From Candidatus Nomurabacteria bacterium (lineage in GTDB: Bacteria; Patescibacteriota; Minisyncoccia; Phycocordibacterales; SBAW01), in the NCBI GenBank assembly GCA_943356415.1, contig CALREW010000001.1:80528-144527 (forward strand): a stretch of DNA of 64,000 nucleotides, in the 5' to 3' direction. Shown here piece by piece: positions 39,775 to 50,040 of the stretch. The notes under the pieces were generated by a model, which was given only the letters and a program-made list of their open reading frames with translations, had not been told where the DNA came from and searched no databases. Each line of letters starts with the position of its first letter. Position 1 is the stretch's first letter. Both the position numbers and the translations under genes were made by a program.

Positions 39775-40824
39775 ATGCATGTGTATGTAGGACTCTCAGG
39801 CGGCGTGGATTCGTCCGTTGCCGCACACCTTCTCCTCAAAGCAGGACATCAGGTGACCGGTGTGTTTATCCGTACCTGGCAGCCTTCGCACGTGCCGTGT
39901 ACTCAGCCGGATGATGAGCGCTCGGCTCTTCAGGCAGCCCTGTACCTCGGCATACCATTTTTCACATTGGATTTGTCGAAATTGTACCGAAACGAAGTAG
40001 GCACACATTTTATCGAAGGGTATTCGCGTGGCGAGACGCCAAATCCTGACGTTCTTTGCAACAGAGAAGTTAAGTTCGGAGGTTTTCTTTCATACGCACT
40101 TGCGCACGGTGCGGATGCGGTTGCAACAGGCCATTATGCTCGCGTCAAAAAAGAAGAAGGAACGTTTTCATTACTTCGTGGCGTTGATCCGCAAAAAGAT
40201 CAGAGTTACTTTTTGTCGCTCCTTTCACAAGAACAACTTTCTCACACGCTTTTCCCCCTTGGTGAATATACGAAAGAAGAAGTGCGCCGCATTGCCTCTT
40301 CGATCGACCTACCGAATGCCGCACGGAAAGATAGTCAGGGCATCTGTTTTCTTGGAGCAATTGATCTCGAGGAATTTTTATCCGCGTATATCGATATCAC
40401 GCCAGGTGTTGTGCTTGATCAAAGCGGAATGCCGATTGGAACACACCGTGGCGCACCGTTATATACGCTGGGTGAGCGGCACGGGTTTACCATTGAAAAG
40501 AAATCTGGAAATCACGATGAGCCGCTCTATATCAGTGCAATTAACGTCTCTGAAAATACGGTCACTGCCGTCTCTCAGCAAAACCTACCGAGTTACAGAA
40601 GGCTGCGCCTCCGCGATGTTGTTGACCGAGGTGCTCAAAAAAATGCCATCTACCAGGCGCAGGTGCGATATCACGGAGGAAAATATTCCGCACAGGCAAC
40701 GCAGGAGCATAACGGCTGGATCATTGTCTTAAAAGAAGGCGTTTTGGTTTCACCTGGACAAACCGTCGTTCTCTACGAAAACGATACACTTGTCCTCGCT
40801 GGGATACTCACAGAGGTCGCGTAG
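39775..40824 (+). CDS. mnmA: tRNA 2-thiouridylase MnmA
   Basis: SGGVDS, NPDVLCN, ATGHYA, KDQSYFL, DSQGICF. Confidence 0.95.
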   Translation: MHVYVGLSGGVDSSVAAHLLLKAGHQVTGVFIRTWQPSHVPCTQPDDERSALQAALYLGIPFFTLDLSKLYRNEVGTHFIEGYSRGETPNPDVLCNREVKFGGFLSYALAHGADAVATGHYARVKKEEGTFSLLRGVDPQKDQSYFLSLLSQEQLSHTLFPLGEYTKEEVRRIASSIDLPNAARKDSQGICFLGAIDLEEFLSAYIDITPGVVLDQSGMPIGTHRGAPLYTLGERHGFTIEKKSGNHDEPLYISAINVSENTVTAVSQQNLPSYRRLRLRDVVDRGAQKNAIYQAQVRYHGGKYSAQATQEHNGWIIVLKEGVLVSPGQTVVLYENDTLVLAGILTEVA

Positions 40825-40854
40825 ACGAGCGTAGGAGCAGGGTATACTTCTTCC

Positions 40855-41286
40855 ATGGAAGCACGACGAGCCGGGAGCGTCATCATCATATTTATTGCGA
40901 TTCTTGTTATTGCCTGGGCTGCCATTTATTTCGGACCTCGGTACTATGGCGCCAAATCAGTTCAAAGTACGCCGGTACAAAATACGGCAGCGGTAGCACA
41001 AAGCATTACGTTAATGCATTCAGTCAAAGGAGACACTCATTCGTACGTCGGAGAGATCGAAACACCGACGCCGTGCGAAAACCTTTCAGCAGCAGTTGAA
41101 GTGAGATACTCACGCCCTCCGCACGGCACCATTGCGCTTACAACCGAACCTCAAAAGGATGCTGTTTGCGCTCAAGTTGTCACAAAACAACCGTTCTCGA
41201 TATCGTTTATGAGTACAGAGACTCCAGAAGTGAGTCTGACGCTCAACGGGGAAGTACGTCAGGTTTCGATCGCGGAGAGTCAGTAA
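40855..41286 (+). CDS. Hypothetical membrane-anchored protein
   Basis: N-terminal TM; TPTPC...CAQVV Cys pair. Confidence 0.7.
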   Translation: MEARRAGSVIIIFIAILVIAWAAIYFGPRYYGAKSVQSTPVQNTAAVAQSITLMHSVKGDTHSYVGEIETPTPCENLSAAVEVRYSRPPHGTIALTTEPQKDAVCAQVVTKQPFSISFMSTETPEVSLTLNGEVRQVSIAESQ

Positions 41287-41288
41287 CC

Positions 41289-42095
41289 ATGCTTGTTGTT
41301 AAAGCTGACGGTACACAAGAGACGTTCGAGAGGGCGAAGCTTGAATCATCGCTTACAAAAGCAGGTGCTTCTGCAGAAGATATCGCTGCAATCGCAGATA
41401 TTGTTGAACGTACGCTTGCGCCGAATATGTCCACGGCGGCAATCTATCGAAACGCTTTTACGCTCTTACGAAAACGCGAAGCGGGAACGGCCGCGCGCTA
41501 TAGCCTGAAGCGCGCAGTCCTTGAGTTCGGTCCATCCGGGTTTCCTTTTGAGGCATACCTTGCCGAAGTGTTCCGAACTGAAGGATTTGAAGCTACGACA
41601 AACGCCATAAGTCAGGGCGCCTGTGTAGAACACGAGATTGACGTGCTTTTACATAAAGACGGCATCAAAACCTACGTTGAAGCTAAGTTCCACAACACCC
41701 CAGGATTCAAAACGGATCTTAAAGTAGTTCTCTATGTCAAGGCGCGCATCGACGATATCAACAAGCGTGAAGGTGAAAGCGTGCGTGGTTTGGTGGTGAC
41801 AAATACGAAATTTACCGACATGGCCCGTCGATATGCGGAATGCGCAGGGCTACCGATTTTGGGATGGGACTATCCAGACGTGGACAACTTGCATCAACGC
41901 ATCGAACAGTCGGGACTCTACCCAGTGACCGCACTTACCTCACTCTCGCGTCGCGAAAAGCTTCTCCTCTTGTCTCAAAAAGTAGTTCTCTGTAACGGTC
42001 TTCTGCGTCATACGGACGCGCTTCGTAGCCTCGGAATCTCTCAAGGGAGACACGCACGATTGACCCAAGAAATAGGCGCATTGTGCCGAACCTGA
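41289..42095 (+). CDS. ATP-cone + Mrr-like restriction-endonuclease-fold protein
   Basis: VVKADGTQETFERAKL ATP-cone start; GFPFEAYL...EIDV...VEAKF PD-(D/E)xK; start ATG 41289. Confidence 0.82.
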   Translation: MLVVKADGTQETFERAKLESSLTKAGASAEDIAAIADIVERTLAPNMSTAAIYRNAFTLLRKREAGTAARYSLKRAVLEFGPSGFPFEAYLAEVFRTEGFEATTNAISQGACVEHEIDVLLHKDGIKTYVEAKFHNTPGFKTDLKVVLYVKARIDDINKREGESVRGLVVTNTKFTDMARRYAECAGLPILGWDYPDVDNLHQRIEQSGLYPVTALTSLSRREKLLLLSQKVVLCNGLLRHTDALRSLGISQGRHARLTQEIGALCRT

Positions 42096-42133
42096 GGCGA
42101 AGTATAATCGGGCCATACCAGTAACGTATCTCT

Positions 42134-42688
42134 ATGGCCGAAACTCCTGCAGAACATAAGAATCTCTACACGCTTGCATACGTCACGGCCGCAGCGCTTG
42201 TGGGTCTGGTTCTCGGCATTCTTATCGCGTGGGCTTTTTTCATCGATAAAGGAACGCTTTCTGCAGTACGGGATGTAGAAATACCAAATCTTAGTTTCGA
42301 CGGAACGTCGACTGTCGATGTACGTAGTGCGACAGTGCGACGCGAGCCTATTGAAACCGATCATGTCGTGACGACTGATGCGTTGATTGTGGCAGACCAG
42401 CCCGCAGGTATGACCGTCATCATTGCGCACGCGGCCCTCGAAGAGGGGCAATGGGTTGTCATTCATGAAGACAAAGACGGAACACTTGGAAACGTTCTCG
42501 GTGCTGCCCGTTTTATTGGCGGTGCACACGATGGAGCAGTTGAGCTTTTACGTGCAACCATAGCGGGAGCAACGTATCACGCGATTGTATACGCCGATAA
42601 CGGTGACCGGGCTTTCTCGCTTCGCGACGACACCCCACTTACCGATGTCTCGGGTACCGTAAAAGGTGTTGCTTTTAGCGCTCAGTAG
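42134..42688 (+). CDS. Hypothetical membrane-anchored protein
   Basis: N-terminal TM; VADQPAG, WVVIHED, DNGD..F. Confidence 0.7.
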   Translation: MAETPAEHKNLYTLAYVTAAALVGLVLGILIAWAFFIDKGTLSAVRDVEIPNLSFDGTSTVDVRSATVRREPIETDHVVTTDALIVADQPAGMTVIIAHAALEEGQWVVIHEDKDGTLGNVLGAARFIGGAHDGAVELLRATIAGATYHAIVYADNGDRAFSLRDDTPLTDVSGTVKGVAFSAQ

Positions 42689-42735
42689 CGCCTAATGCCT
42701 AGCGCCTAGTTGCTCGCGCTTGGTATACTCCTTCC

Positions 42736-43581
42736 GTGAGCGACTACTACAAAGTTCATCGGAACCCAGAGTGGAACTATGGCGGGAAGCATTTTCGGCT
42801 GTCCCGCTCCAAAATCGATCTTTTTCTAAACTGCCCTCGCTGCTTCTACATCGATAACAAGCTTGGCACCGCACGTCCGCCTGGCTATCCGTTCAATCTC
42901 AACAACGCCGTTGATGAACTTTTGAAAAAGGAGTTTGACGTCCATCGCGCAAATGGAACACAGCACCCACTTGCGGCAGCATACGGCGTCGATGCAATTC
43001 CGCTTAAACACGCACAACTCGATGCATGGAGAGACGCACTTAAACGCGGCGTTGAGCACGTGCATACGCCCACCGGCATCACGGTACGCGGAGGTGTTGA
43101 CGATGTTTGGGTGAGACCAAATGGAGAACTTATCGTTGTTGACTATAAAGCCACGAGCAAGAATGGTCACATTACTGAGCTCGACGCTGACTGGCACATC
43201 GGCTACAAACGCCAAATGGAGGTCTATCAGTGGCTTTTTCGACAAAACGGCTTCCAAGTATCGGACATGGGCTACTTCGTCTATGCGAATGCAAGTAAAG
43301 ATAAAGAAGCGTTTGACGCAAAGCTCGAATTTGAAGTAACCCTCGTGCCGTACATCGGCGATGCGTCGTGGGTAGATGGAACACTTCTTGAACTTAAAGC
43401 ATGCCTTGATAGCGCGAGCGCTCCAGCTGCAGCGGACGATTGCGACTACTGCAGGTACCGCGAAGCTGCAGGTAAAGCGCTCCTCGCATTGCAGCTAGGG
43501 AAGGCAGTTCCTGCGGCAGTAAAGAGTAAGCCAATAAAAAAAGTTTCTAATGCGGAAAACCCAAACGACAGCCTATTCTAA
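42736..43581 (+). CDS. PD-(D/E)XK nuclease (Cas4/AddB-like, Cys-containing)
   Basis: LSRSKIDLFLNCPRCFY, GGVDD, VVDYK, QMEVY, CDYCRY. Confidence 0.85.
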   Translation: MSDYYKVHRNPEWNYGGKHFRLSRSKIDLFLNCPRCFYIDNKLGTARPPGYPFNLNNAVDELLKKEFDVHRANGTQHPLAAAYGVDAIPLKHAQLDAWRDALKRGVEHVHTPTGITVRGGVDDVWVRPNGELIVVDYKATSKNGHITELDADWHIGYKRQMEVYQWLFRQNGFQVSDMGYFVYANASKDKEAFDAKLEFEVTLVPYIGDASWVDGTLLELKACLDSASAPAAADDCDYCRYREAAGKALLALQLGKAVPAAVKSKPIKKVSNAENPNDSLF

Positions 43582-43870
43582 TTTTGACGCGTTCAAAAAA
43601 TCTTTTGCTGACCGCGTCCATGCCGTTGTCCGCGATATCCCAAAGGGAGAGATGATGACGTACGGGGAAGTGGCCTATAAAGCGGGTTATCCAGGCGCTG
43701 CGCGAGCCGTTGGAACGCTTATGAGAAACGCCATTGACCCGGCACTGCCATTTCACCGCGTGGTGTTGGCGAGCGGAAAGATAGGCAAGGACCGTAACGC
43801 TATGAAGCGCGCAGTAAAATTAAAGACTGAACAGAAATCAAATGTGCGTAACCCGGGTTACGCACATTAG
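43550..43870 (+). CDS. Alkyltransferase-like (ATL/MGMT-family) protein
   Basis: IPKGEMMTYGEVA, AARAVG, PFHRVV (F at the catalytic Cys position). Confidence 0.8.
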   Translation: MRKTQTTAYSNFDAFKKSFADRVHAVVRDIPKGEMMTYGEVAYKAGYPGAARAVGTLMRNAIDPALPFHRVVLASGKIGKDRNAMKRAVKLKTEQKSNVRNPGYAH

Positions 43871-44544
43871 GATACCCAGTCGATTTCATTACGGCCGTGT
43901 TCGCGGAGGTATTCGTTCGCTGCTTTGAAGTGGCCGTTGCCTAAAAAGCCTCGGTGCGCAGAAAGCGGTGAAGGATGTGCCGATTTTAGAACAAGATGCT
44001 TGGTCCAATCGATAAGGACTTCCTTTTTTCCAGCAAAGGAGCCCCAGAGCATGAATACAATATTTTCTTTTGCGTCGGAGAGACTTTTAATCACTGCATC
44101 AGTAAACTCGTGCCAACCGAAACTTTCATGAGAGTTTGCCTGTCCGGAAGCAACTGAGAGTGATGCGTTTAGTAGCAAAACACCTTGCGTGGCCCAACGG
44201 GCAAGGTCTGGGTTTCGATTGATTGGACCGCCATACTCCGCCTCAATTTCTTTGAACATATTAAGGAGTGACGGGGGAATTGAATTTGTGCTCTCCGTTG
44301 AAAAAGCTAAACCATGCGCCACCCCAGGCGTGTGATATGGGTCTTGTCCAAGTATGACGACTTTTACTTCAGCGGGAGGAACAAGCTCTAGTGCACGAAA
44401 AATTTGTGAAGGTGGAGGATATACCGCGCCTTTTAAATAGGCGTGCCGGACTTTCTCGCGCAGCTCTACAAAATAAGCTTTTCCAAACTCAGCAGAAAGG
44501 AGCTCCTTCCACTCAGTGCGTAGCTTTACGTCCTCGCCAGCCAT
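43867..44544 (-). CDS. ung: Uracil-DNA glycosylase family 1
   Basis: GQDPYH, GLAFS, QGVLLLN, HPSPLS. Confidence 0.96.
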   Translation of the reverse strand: MAGEDVKLRTEWKELLSAEFGKAYFVELREKVRHAYLKGAVYPPPSQIFRALELVPPAEVKVVILGQDPYHTPGVAHGLAFSTESTNSIPPSLLNMFKEIEAEYGGPINRNPDLARWATQGVLLLNASLSVASGQANSHESFGWHEFTDAVIKSLSDAKENIVFMLWGSFAGKKEVLIDWTKHLVLKSAHPSPLSAHRGFLGNGHFKAANEYLREHGRNEIDWVS

Positions 44545-44606
44545 GGGAGCCAGTCTACCACTGACAATTTTGCGAAAAAGCGAGGAGCGTATAGGCTAGT
44601 ACACAT

Positions 44607-45086
44607 ATGTGGTTTATTTTGGCGCTATTTTCGGCACTCACCGCGGCCCTCGTTGCAATATTTGGCAAGCTTGGTCTTAAAGGAATTGACACGACCCTCG
44701 CCACGTCGGTCCGCTCGGTTATCATGGCTGTCTTTTTAGTATCAGCAGCAGGAGTGCTCGGTAAATTTCAAGGATTTTCGATCCACTCATTCTCAAGCAA
44801 AGGCTGGACGTACATTATCCTGGCCGGACTTGCCGGAGCTGCGTCCTGGCTCTTCTACTTTTGGGCCCTTAAACTTGGGCCGGCATCGGCTGTCGCAGCC
44901 ATAGACCGCCTTTCAATCGTATTTGTAGTTATTGTGGCGGCGCTTGTTTTAGGTGAGACGTTTTCGCGTTATACCGCAGCCGGCGCGTTGTTGGTTGTTA
45001 TGGGAGCACTTCTTATTGCCTTTGATAGCAAAGCCGTTTCCTACATTGGAGTACTCGGCAAAGGAGCTCTCGCACTTTTTAAATAG
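44607..45086 (+). CDS. EamA/DMT-family transporter
   Basis: AIFGKLGLKGID, SWLFYFWALK, IDRLS, LGE. Confidence 0.88.
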   Translation: MWFILALFSALTAALVAIFGKLGLKGIDTTLATSVRSVIMAVFLVSAAGVLGKFQGFSIHSFSSKGWTYIILAGLAGAASWLFYFWALKLGPASAVAAIDRLSIVFVVIVAALVLGETFSRYTAAGALLVVMGALLIAFDSKAVSYIGVLGKGALALFK

Positions 45087-45091
45087 CACCT

Positions 45092-46846
45092 ATGCAGACA
45101 ACTTGGAACTTTAAGAAATTTTTCTACGAGTCAATTAATGACCCGCAGATAGATAAAGACGTTGCCGCGATGAAACGCGCCTACGATGCGTTTGCAAAAA
45201 AATACGAGAAGCGCACGGACTATCTAAAAGATTCAGGGAAATTGGCCGCAGCGCTCAAGGAATACGAGCGGTTCTCTCGTGCCGTAGGACACGCAAAGCC
45301 TATTCTCTACTTGATGTACGTCAAAGAACTCGATAACCGCAATACTGCCGCAGAAGGAAAGCTTAATAAACTTTCACTTGATATGACGCCGTACGAGAAC
45401 AAGATAATGTTTTTTGGTCTTCGTCTTGGAAAAATAGCAAAGCCCCTCCAGGCAAAGATGTTGAAAGACATCCGGCTCGTTTCGTATCGGTACATGCTCA
45501 CAAAAATATTTGAGACCGCTAAGTACGACCTGACTGAAGCTGAAGAAAAGATTCTTAACTTGAAGTCACTCACCGGTCGCTCCATGTGGGTAGACGGTGT
45601 CGACCGGGTGGTAAATCGCCTCACGGTGTCGTGGAAAGGGAAGGAGATGCCTATCAATGAAGCCATGGGGGTGGTGAGCAGTTTGCCGCGCAAAGAACGC
45701 CTTTTGCTCCATAGCGCCATCATGCAGAAACTGAATGTTGCGGCAGATTTCGCAGAGAGCGAGATGAATGCCATCGTTACTGATAAAAAAATAAATGACG
45801 AACTGCGAGGTTTTAAAAATCCATGGACCGGAACTATCCTCGGGTACCAAAACGACGAAAAGTCGATACTCGGACTCGTTGACGCAGTGACTGATGCATT
45901 CAAAATGAGCCATCGCTTTTACAAAGTAAAAGCAAAACTTCTCGGTGTTAAAACACTGAGCTATGCGGACCGCAGCGCCCCGATTGGTAAGGTCCAAACA
46001 AAAATACCTTTCAAGGAAGCAGTCGCGCGCTACCGTGCGGTACTCGCTTCTATTGATAGCGAGTACGTGGACATTCTCGATCGCTTTTTGAGGGACGGCC
46101 AGATTGATGTGTACCCAAAGCTTGGTAAAAGCGGCGGAGCGTATTGCTCAAGCAATACTGACTCGCCAACGCTCGTGCTCCTCAACCACACCGATGACTT
46201 CAAGTCATTTATGACGCTCGCACATGAAATGGGGCACGCCATTCATGCCGAGATGAGCAAGAAGCAACCGCACTTCTACCAAGGGCACACCATTTCTGTT
46301 GCAGAGACGGCGAGTACACTTTTTGAACAGTTGACGTTTGAAGCTGTTTTTAAAACTCTCCCGAAAGATGAGCAGTTGATTGCACTACACGATCGCATTA
46401 ACGACGATATCTCAACCATCTTTAGACAGATAGCGTTTTTTAACTTTGAAAAAGAGCTTCACCTCACCATTCGTGCAAAAGGAAAACTTACCAAAGAAGA
46501 GATCGGCTCACTTCTAAACAAGCACATGGCGGCCTATATGGGTCCAGTGACGAAGTTTAATCCTGAAGACGGCAACTTCTTTATCGTTGTGTCACACTTT
46601 CGCCGCTTCTTCTACGTCTACGCCTACACGTACGGCCAGCTTATCTCGCGTGCAATGTGCGAGGCCTATCAAAAAGACAACGCGTTCGGCAGCCAGATAA
46701 AGCAGTTCCTCACTGATGGGGAAAGCAAAACGCCTGAGCAGATATTTAAAGATATCGGCATCGACACGAGCAAACGTTCATTTTTTGAAGCCGGACTTAA
46801 GAGTGTCGAGAAAGATATTGCCCGGTTGGAGCGGCTCGCTCGCTAG
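45092..46846 (+). CDS. pepF: M3-family oligoendopeptidase F
   Basis: GKSGGAYC, LAHEMGHAIH, AETAS, FYVYAY. Confidence 0.9.
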   Translation: MQTTWNFKKFFYESINDPQIDKDVAAMKRAYDAFAKKYEKRTDYLKDSGKLAAALKEYERFSRAVGHAKPILYLMYVKELDNRNTAAEGKLNKLSLDMTPYENKIMFFGLRLGKIAKPLQAKMLKDIRLVSYRYMLTKIFETAKYDLTEAEEKILNLKSLTGRSMWVDGVDRVVNRLTVSWKGKEMPINEAMGVVSSLPRKERLLLHSAIMQKLNVAADFAESEMNAIVTDKKINDELRGFKNPWTGTILGYQNDEKSILGLVDAVTDAFKMSHRFYKVKAKLLGVKTLSYADRSAPIGKVQTKIPFKEAVARYRAVLASIDSEYVDILDRFLRDGQIDVYPKLGKSGGAYCSSNTDSPTLVLLNHTDDFKSFMTLAHEMGHAIHAEMSKKQPHFYQGHTISVAETASTLFEQLTFEAVFKTLPKDEQLIALHDRINDDISTIFRQIAFFNFEKELHLTIRAKGKLTKEEIGSLLNKHMAAYMGPVTKFNPEDGNFFIVVSHFRRFFYVYAYTYGQLISRAMCEAYQKDNAFGSQIKQFLTDGESKTPEQIFKDIGIDTSKRSFFEAGLKSVEKDIARLERLAR

Positions 46847-46849
46847 ATA

Positions 46850-46878
46850 TTGACTACTGGCAAATTTGATTTTATAAT
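46850..46878 (+). promoter_or_regulatory. Sigma70 promoter
   Basis: TTGACT-17-TATAAT. Confidence 0.75.
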
Positions 46879-46914
46879 CAAATTCGCTGCATATTTTCAC
46901 AACGGGAGCCTCGG

Positions 46915-47367
46915 ATGGGCCTGAAAAATTTTGCCTACGCGTTGTTTATCGCGTCAGCCTTCGTGGCCTGGCCGATTCTTGGCAAGTGGTCGGGGGCCGG
47001 CGGTGCCTGGACAAGCAACGTGGTCATCGTCGCGTCGCTCATCACCTCTGTCGTGTTCACCTACCGACAGATGGCTGAAGAGGCGCTTCCGTCGTGGACG
47101 GCGTTCGTCGTGCTCGCTGTCGCTGGCCTCATCAACGGCCTCGCCGTACTGATGTATTCCAACCGGACGGCAACGGCAGATGCACAAACCACCATCTTCA
47201 TGGCAGTCGTAATGACGCTGATGGTGGTGCTGACGCCCATCGCCAATCGTCTCCTCAACAACGAGCAGATCACGCTCACGCAAGGCCTGGGGTTCGTCCT
47301 CATCGTCGGCGGCGTGATCCTGCTCACGGTCAAGGACTTCGCGGCTGTTGCCGCGACACTCCGGTGA
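46915..47367 (+). CDS. DMT/EamA-like small membrane protein (GC-rich stand-alone gene)
   Basis: Five TM segments, NEQITLTQGLGFVLIVGGV; own promoter, GGGAG SD, terminator 47380-47403. Confidence 0.75.
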   Translation: MGLKNFAYALFIASAFVAWPILGKWSGAGGAWTSNVVIVASLITSVVFTYRQMAEEALPSWTAFVVLAVAGLINGLAVLMYSNRTATADAQTTIFMAVVMTLMVVLTPIANRLLNNEQITLTQGLGFVLIVGGVILLTVKDFAAVAATLR

Positions 47368-47454
47368 CGCATCTCAGCAGGGGCTGCCAGCAATGGCAGC
47401 CCCGCGCTCGTTTAAGCCTTTATTTTTCATACTGAACGAGATATTCTCTCCTTT

Positions 47455-49344
47455 ATGACTTTGGACGAAATACGAGGTAAATATCTTGGCTTTATGCAGG
47501 CTCGTGAGCATGCGGTTATTGCCTCTGCTCCGCTTGTCCCTGAAAACGACCCGACCACTCTTTTTACTGGCTCTGGTATGCAGCCGCTCGTCCCATATCT
47601 TCTCGGCAAGGATCATCCAGCAGGGGTGCGCCTCGTTAACTCGCAGAAGTCGTTCCGCGCAGAAGATATTGAAGAAGTAGGTGACAACCGTCACACCACA
47701 TTTTTTGAAATGCTTGGAAACTGGTCATTGGGTGACTATTTCAAGCGTAACCAGCTTCGCTGGTTCTTTACGTTTCTTACTGACGAAAAAGAAGGGGTGA
47801 ATCTAGATCCGTCTCGCCTCTATGTCACCGTTTTTTCTGGAGATGCAGGCGCAAATATTCCTCGCGACACTGAAGCGGTAGAAGTATGGAAAGAACTTTT
47901 TGCAGAGCGCGGCATTGAAGCCGCTGACATTGAGCTTTTGACAGAAGAAAAAGGGAGCGAACTTGGCATGCAAGGTGGACGTATCTTCTATTACGACGCA
48001 AAGAAAAATTGGTGGTCGCGCGCTGGACGTCCAGAAAAAATGCCTGCAGGTGAACCAGGCGGTCCGGATTCCGAAGTCTTTTTTGATTTTTACCCGCAAG
48101 CTGGAAACAAGTGCATCACTCCTGGGTGGGGACCGCTTTGCCATCCGAACTGCGATTGTGGACGTTTTATGGAGATAGGGAACTCTGTTTTTATGGAGTA
48201 CCTGAAGAAAGACGACGGTACATTCGGTAAATTACCCAAGCGCAACGTCGACTTCGGTGGAGGACTGGAGCGCATTGCTGCTGCGTCCGAGGATAGTCCT
48301 GACGTTTTCAAAATAGATATTTTTGCCGGCATGGTTGCCACCCTCGAAAAACTTTCTGGCTCGGAGTACGAAGATGTGCAGAAAATAAAGTCATTCCGCG
48401 TTGTGGCTGACCATATCCGTGCGGCCATGTTCCTTATTGGAGACGGCGTTATCCCAGGCAATGTTGAGCAAGGCTACTTCGTGCGCCGCCTTATTCGTCG
48501 CGCGGTACAGCACGCAGACAAGCTCGGCGTACCTCCCGGCAAGCTAGCCGACCTCATCGAACCATCTGCAGCGCTCTACAGTAGCCATTACGAGAACCTA
48601 GCGCGAGATGCAGGCAAGATTGCCAAGGAAGTACGTGATGAGGAAGAACGTTTTCGTAAAACTCTTGAGCGTGGTCTTAAAGAATTCGACAAACATGCCT
48701 ACGGAGATTCTATTTCTGGAGAAGATGCGTTTATCCTTTTTACTACCTACGGTTTTCCCATTGAGCTTGTTAAAGAGATTGCGGTTGAACGTGGCATGAA
48801 GGTTGACGAAGAGGGTTTCAAAATGGCGATGCTAAAGCATCAGGAGCTTTCGCGCTCGGGTTCTGAGCAAAAGTTTAAAGGTGGTCTCGCTGATCACTCT
48901 GAAATGTCCGTCAAATATCATACCGGCACCCACTTGCTTCATAAAGCACTTCGAGATGTTCTTGGTCCTTCCGCGACACAAAAAGGAAGCAACATCACGC
49001 CTGAGCGACTTCGTTTTGACTTTGCATTTGAACGGAAGATGACCCCTGATGAAATATCGACTGTGGAGAATGCAGTTAACGCCCGTATTAAAGAGGCAAT
49101 TCCTGTTACCTTTGAAGACCTTTCGCTCGAGGAAGCACAGAAGCGCGGAGCGCTCGGTCTTTTTGAGGAAAAATATGGCGACAAAGTGCGTGTGTATAAA
49201 ATAGGGGATTACAGCTTGGAGTTCTGTGGTGGCCCGCACGTAGAAAACACCGCGAAGCTCGGCGAGGACGGCAAACGTTTTAAAATACAGAAAGAAGAAG
49301 CTATTTCCGCAGGGGTGCGACGTATTCGCGCAGTGCTTGTATAG
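47455..49344 (+). CDS. alaS: Alanine--tRNA ligase (short form lacking C-Ala domain)
   Basis: DPTTLFTGSGMQPL, HTTFFEMLGN, GLERI, HTGTHLL, CGGPH, ends at GVRRIRA. Confidence 0.96.
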   Translation: MTLDEIRGKYLGFMQAREHAVIASAPLVPENDPTTLFTGSGMQPLVPYLLGKDHPAGVRLVNSQKSFRAEDIEEVGDNRHTTFFEMLGNWSLGDYFKRNQLRWFFTFLTDEKEGVNLDPSRLYVTVFSGDAGANIPRDTEAVEVWKELFAERGIEAADIELLTEEKGSELGMQGGRIFYYDAKKNWWSRAGRPEKMPAGEPGGPDSEVFFDFYPQAGNKCITPGWGPLCHPNCDCGRFMEIGNSVFMEYLKKDDGTFGKLPKRNVDFGGGLERIAAASEDSPDVFKIDIFAGMVATLEKLSGSEYEDVQKIKSFRVVADHIRAAMFLIGDGVIPGNVEQGYFVRRLIRRAVQHADKLGVPPGKLADLIEPSAALYSSHYENLARDAGKIAKEVRDEEERFRKTLERGLKEFDKHAYGDSISGEDAFILFTTYGFPIELVKEIAVERGMKVDEEGFKMAMLKHQELSRSGSEQKFKGGLADHSEMSVKYHTGTHLLHKALRDVLGPSATQKGSNITPERLRFDFAFERKMTPDEISTVENAVNARIKEAIPVTFEDLSLEEAQKRGALGLFEEKYGDKVRVYKIGDYSLEFCGGPHVENTAKLGEDGKRFKIQKEEAISAGVRRIRAVLV

Positions 49345-49360
49345 GAGAATTTAGAAGTAC

Positions 49361-49392
49361 TTGACTAATACTACTTTATGTAGTAGTATTAG
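49361..49392 (+). promoter_or_regulatory. Promoter with overlapping palindromic operator
   Basis: TTGACT-17-TAGTAT; perfect 11-bp IR CTAATACTACT-N6-AGTAGTATTAG. Confidence 0.6.
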
Positions 49393-49512
49393 CTAAGTGC
49401 AACAGCCCGAGCCGAGGCGCCTATACAAAGGCATTAAAATATCGGCACTGTACGGCCTAGCGAGCCGCATAGAAAAGAAGGGCCCCGCTAATGCAAGCGC
49501 ATAGGGGTTTCA

Positions 49513-50040
49513 GTGATGGGTAGTACATTCAAGTGGACGAATTTCGACGTTGCCGATCTTTCGGCAGCGGAGCTGGACGAGATCGCCCTTCAAGGCGGGG
49601 TCGTTGGTGCGCTGAGCGCCGGAGGATACCGGGCCCGCGACAACCTCCTCCCGGAGGTGCACGGTTACGGCTTTGCGTGGATCAACACCGCCGGTGAGGG
49701 AAACCGGGGGACCTTGGTCCTCCGCGGCCTGACGGCGCGCACCCGCGCCCTCGTCGCGCAGGGCAAGATCCGCGAGCTCCAGGCCCGCTTTGGGCTGAGC
49801 GAGCGGGTCGCCCGCGCGGTCGCCCGCGCCCGGGTCTCGTACAAGTACGAGGAGCGGGTGGTCCAGGCGGCGGTCGCGACCGCCGGTGCGAAGTTCTGGA
49901 AGTCGTACCCCGGGTGGGGCAACGGGGTCAACCGCTGGCTCGAGCGGACCCCCGAGGCGGCCGACGCCCTCAAGGGGTTGTCGGTGCCGCGGATTGATTC
50001 CGTGTCCCAACTCGCACCCGCCATCTGCTGGGCGCAATAA
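49513..50040 (+). CDS. Hypothetical protein (very GC-rich stand-alone gene)
   Basis: GC3-biased frame; double hairpin with T-tail at 50026-50089. Confidence 0.65.
   Translation: MMGSTFKWTNFDVADLSAAELDEIALQGGVVGALSAGGYRARDNLLPEVHGYGFAWINTAGEGNRGTLVLRGLTARTRALVAQGKIRELQARFGLSERVARAVARARVSYKYEERVVQAAVATAGAKFWKSYPGWGNGVNRWLERTPEAADALKGLSVPRIDSVSQLAPAICWAQ

Noticed and set aside
42736-43581. CRISPR-Cas locus suggested by the Cas4-like gene
   Set aside because: No repeat-spacer array or other cas genes were seen.
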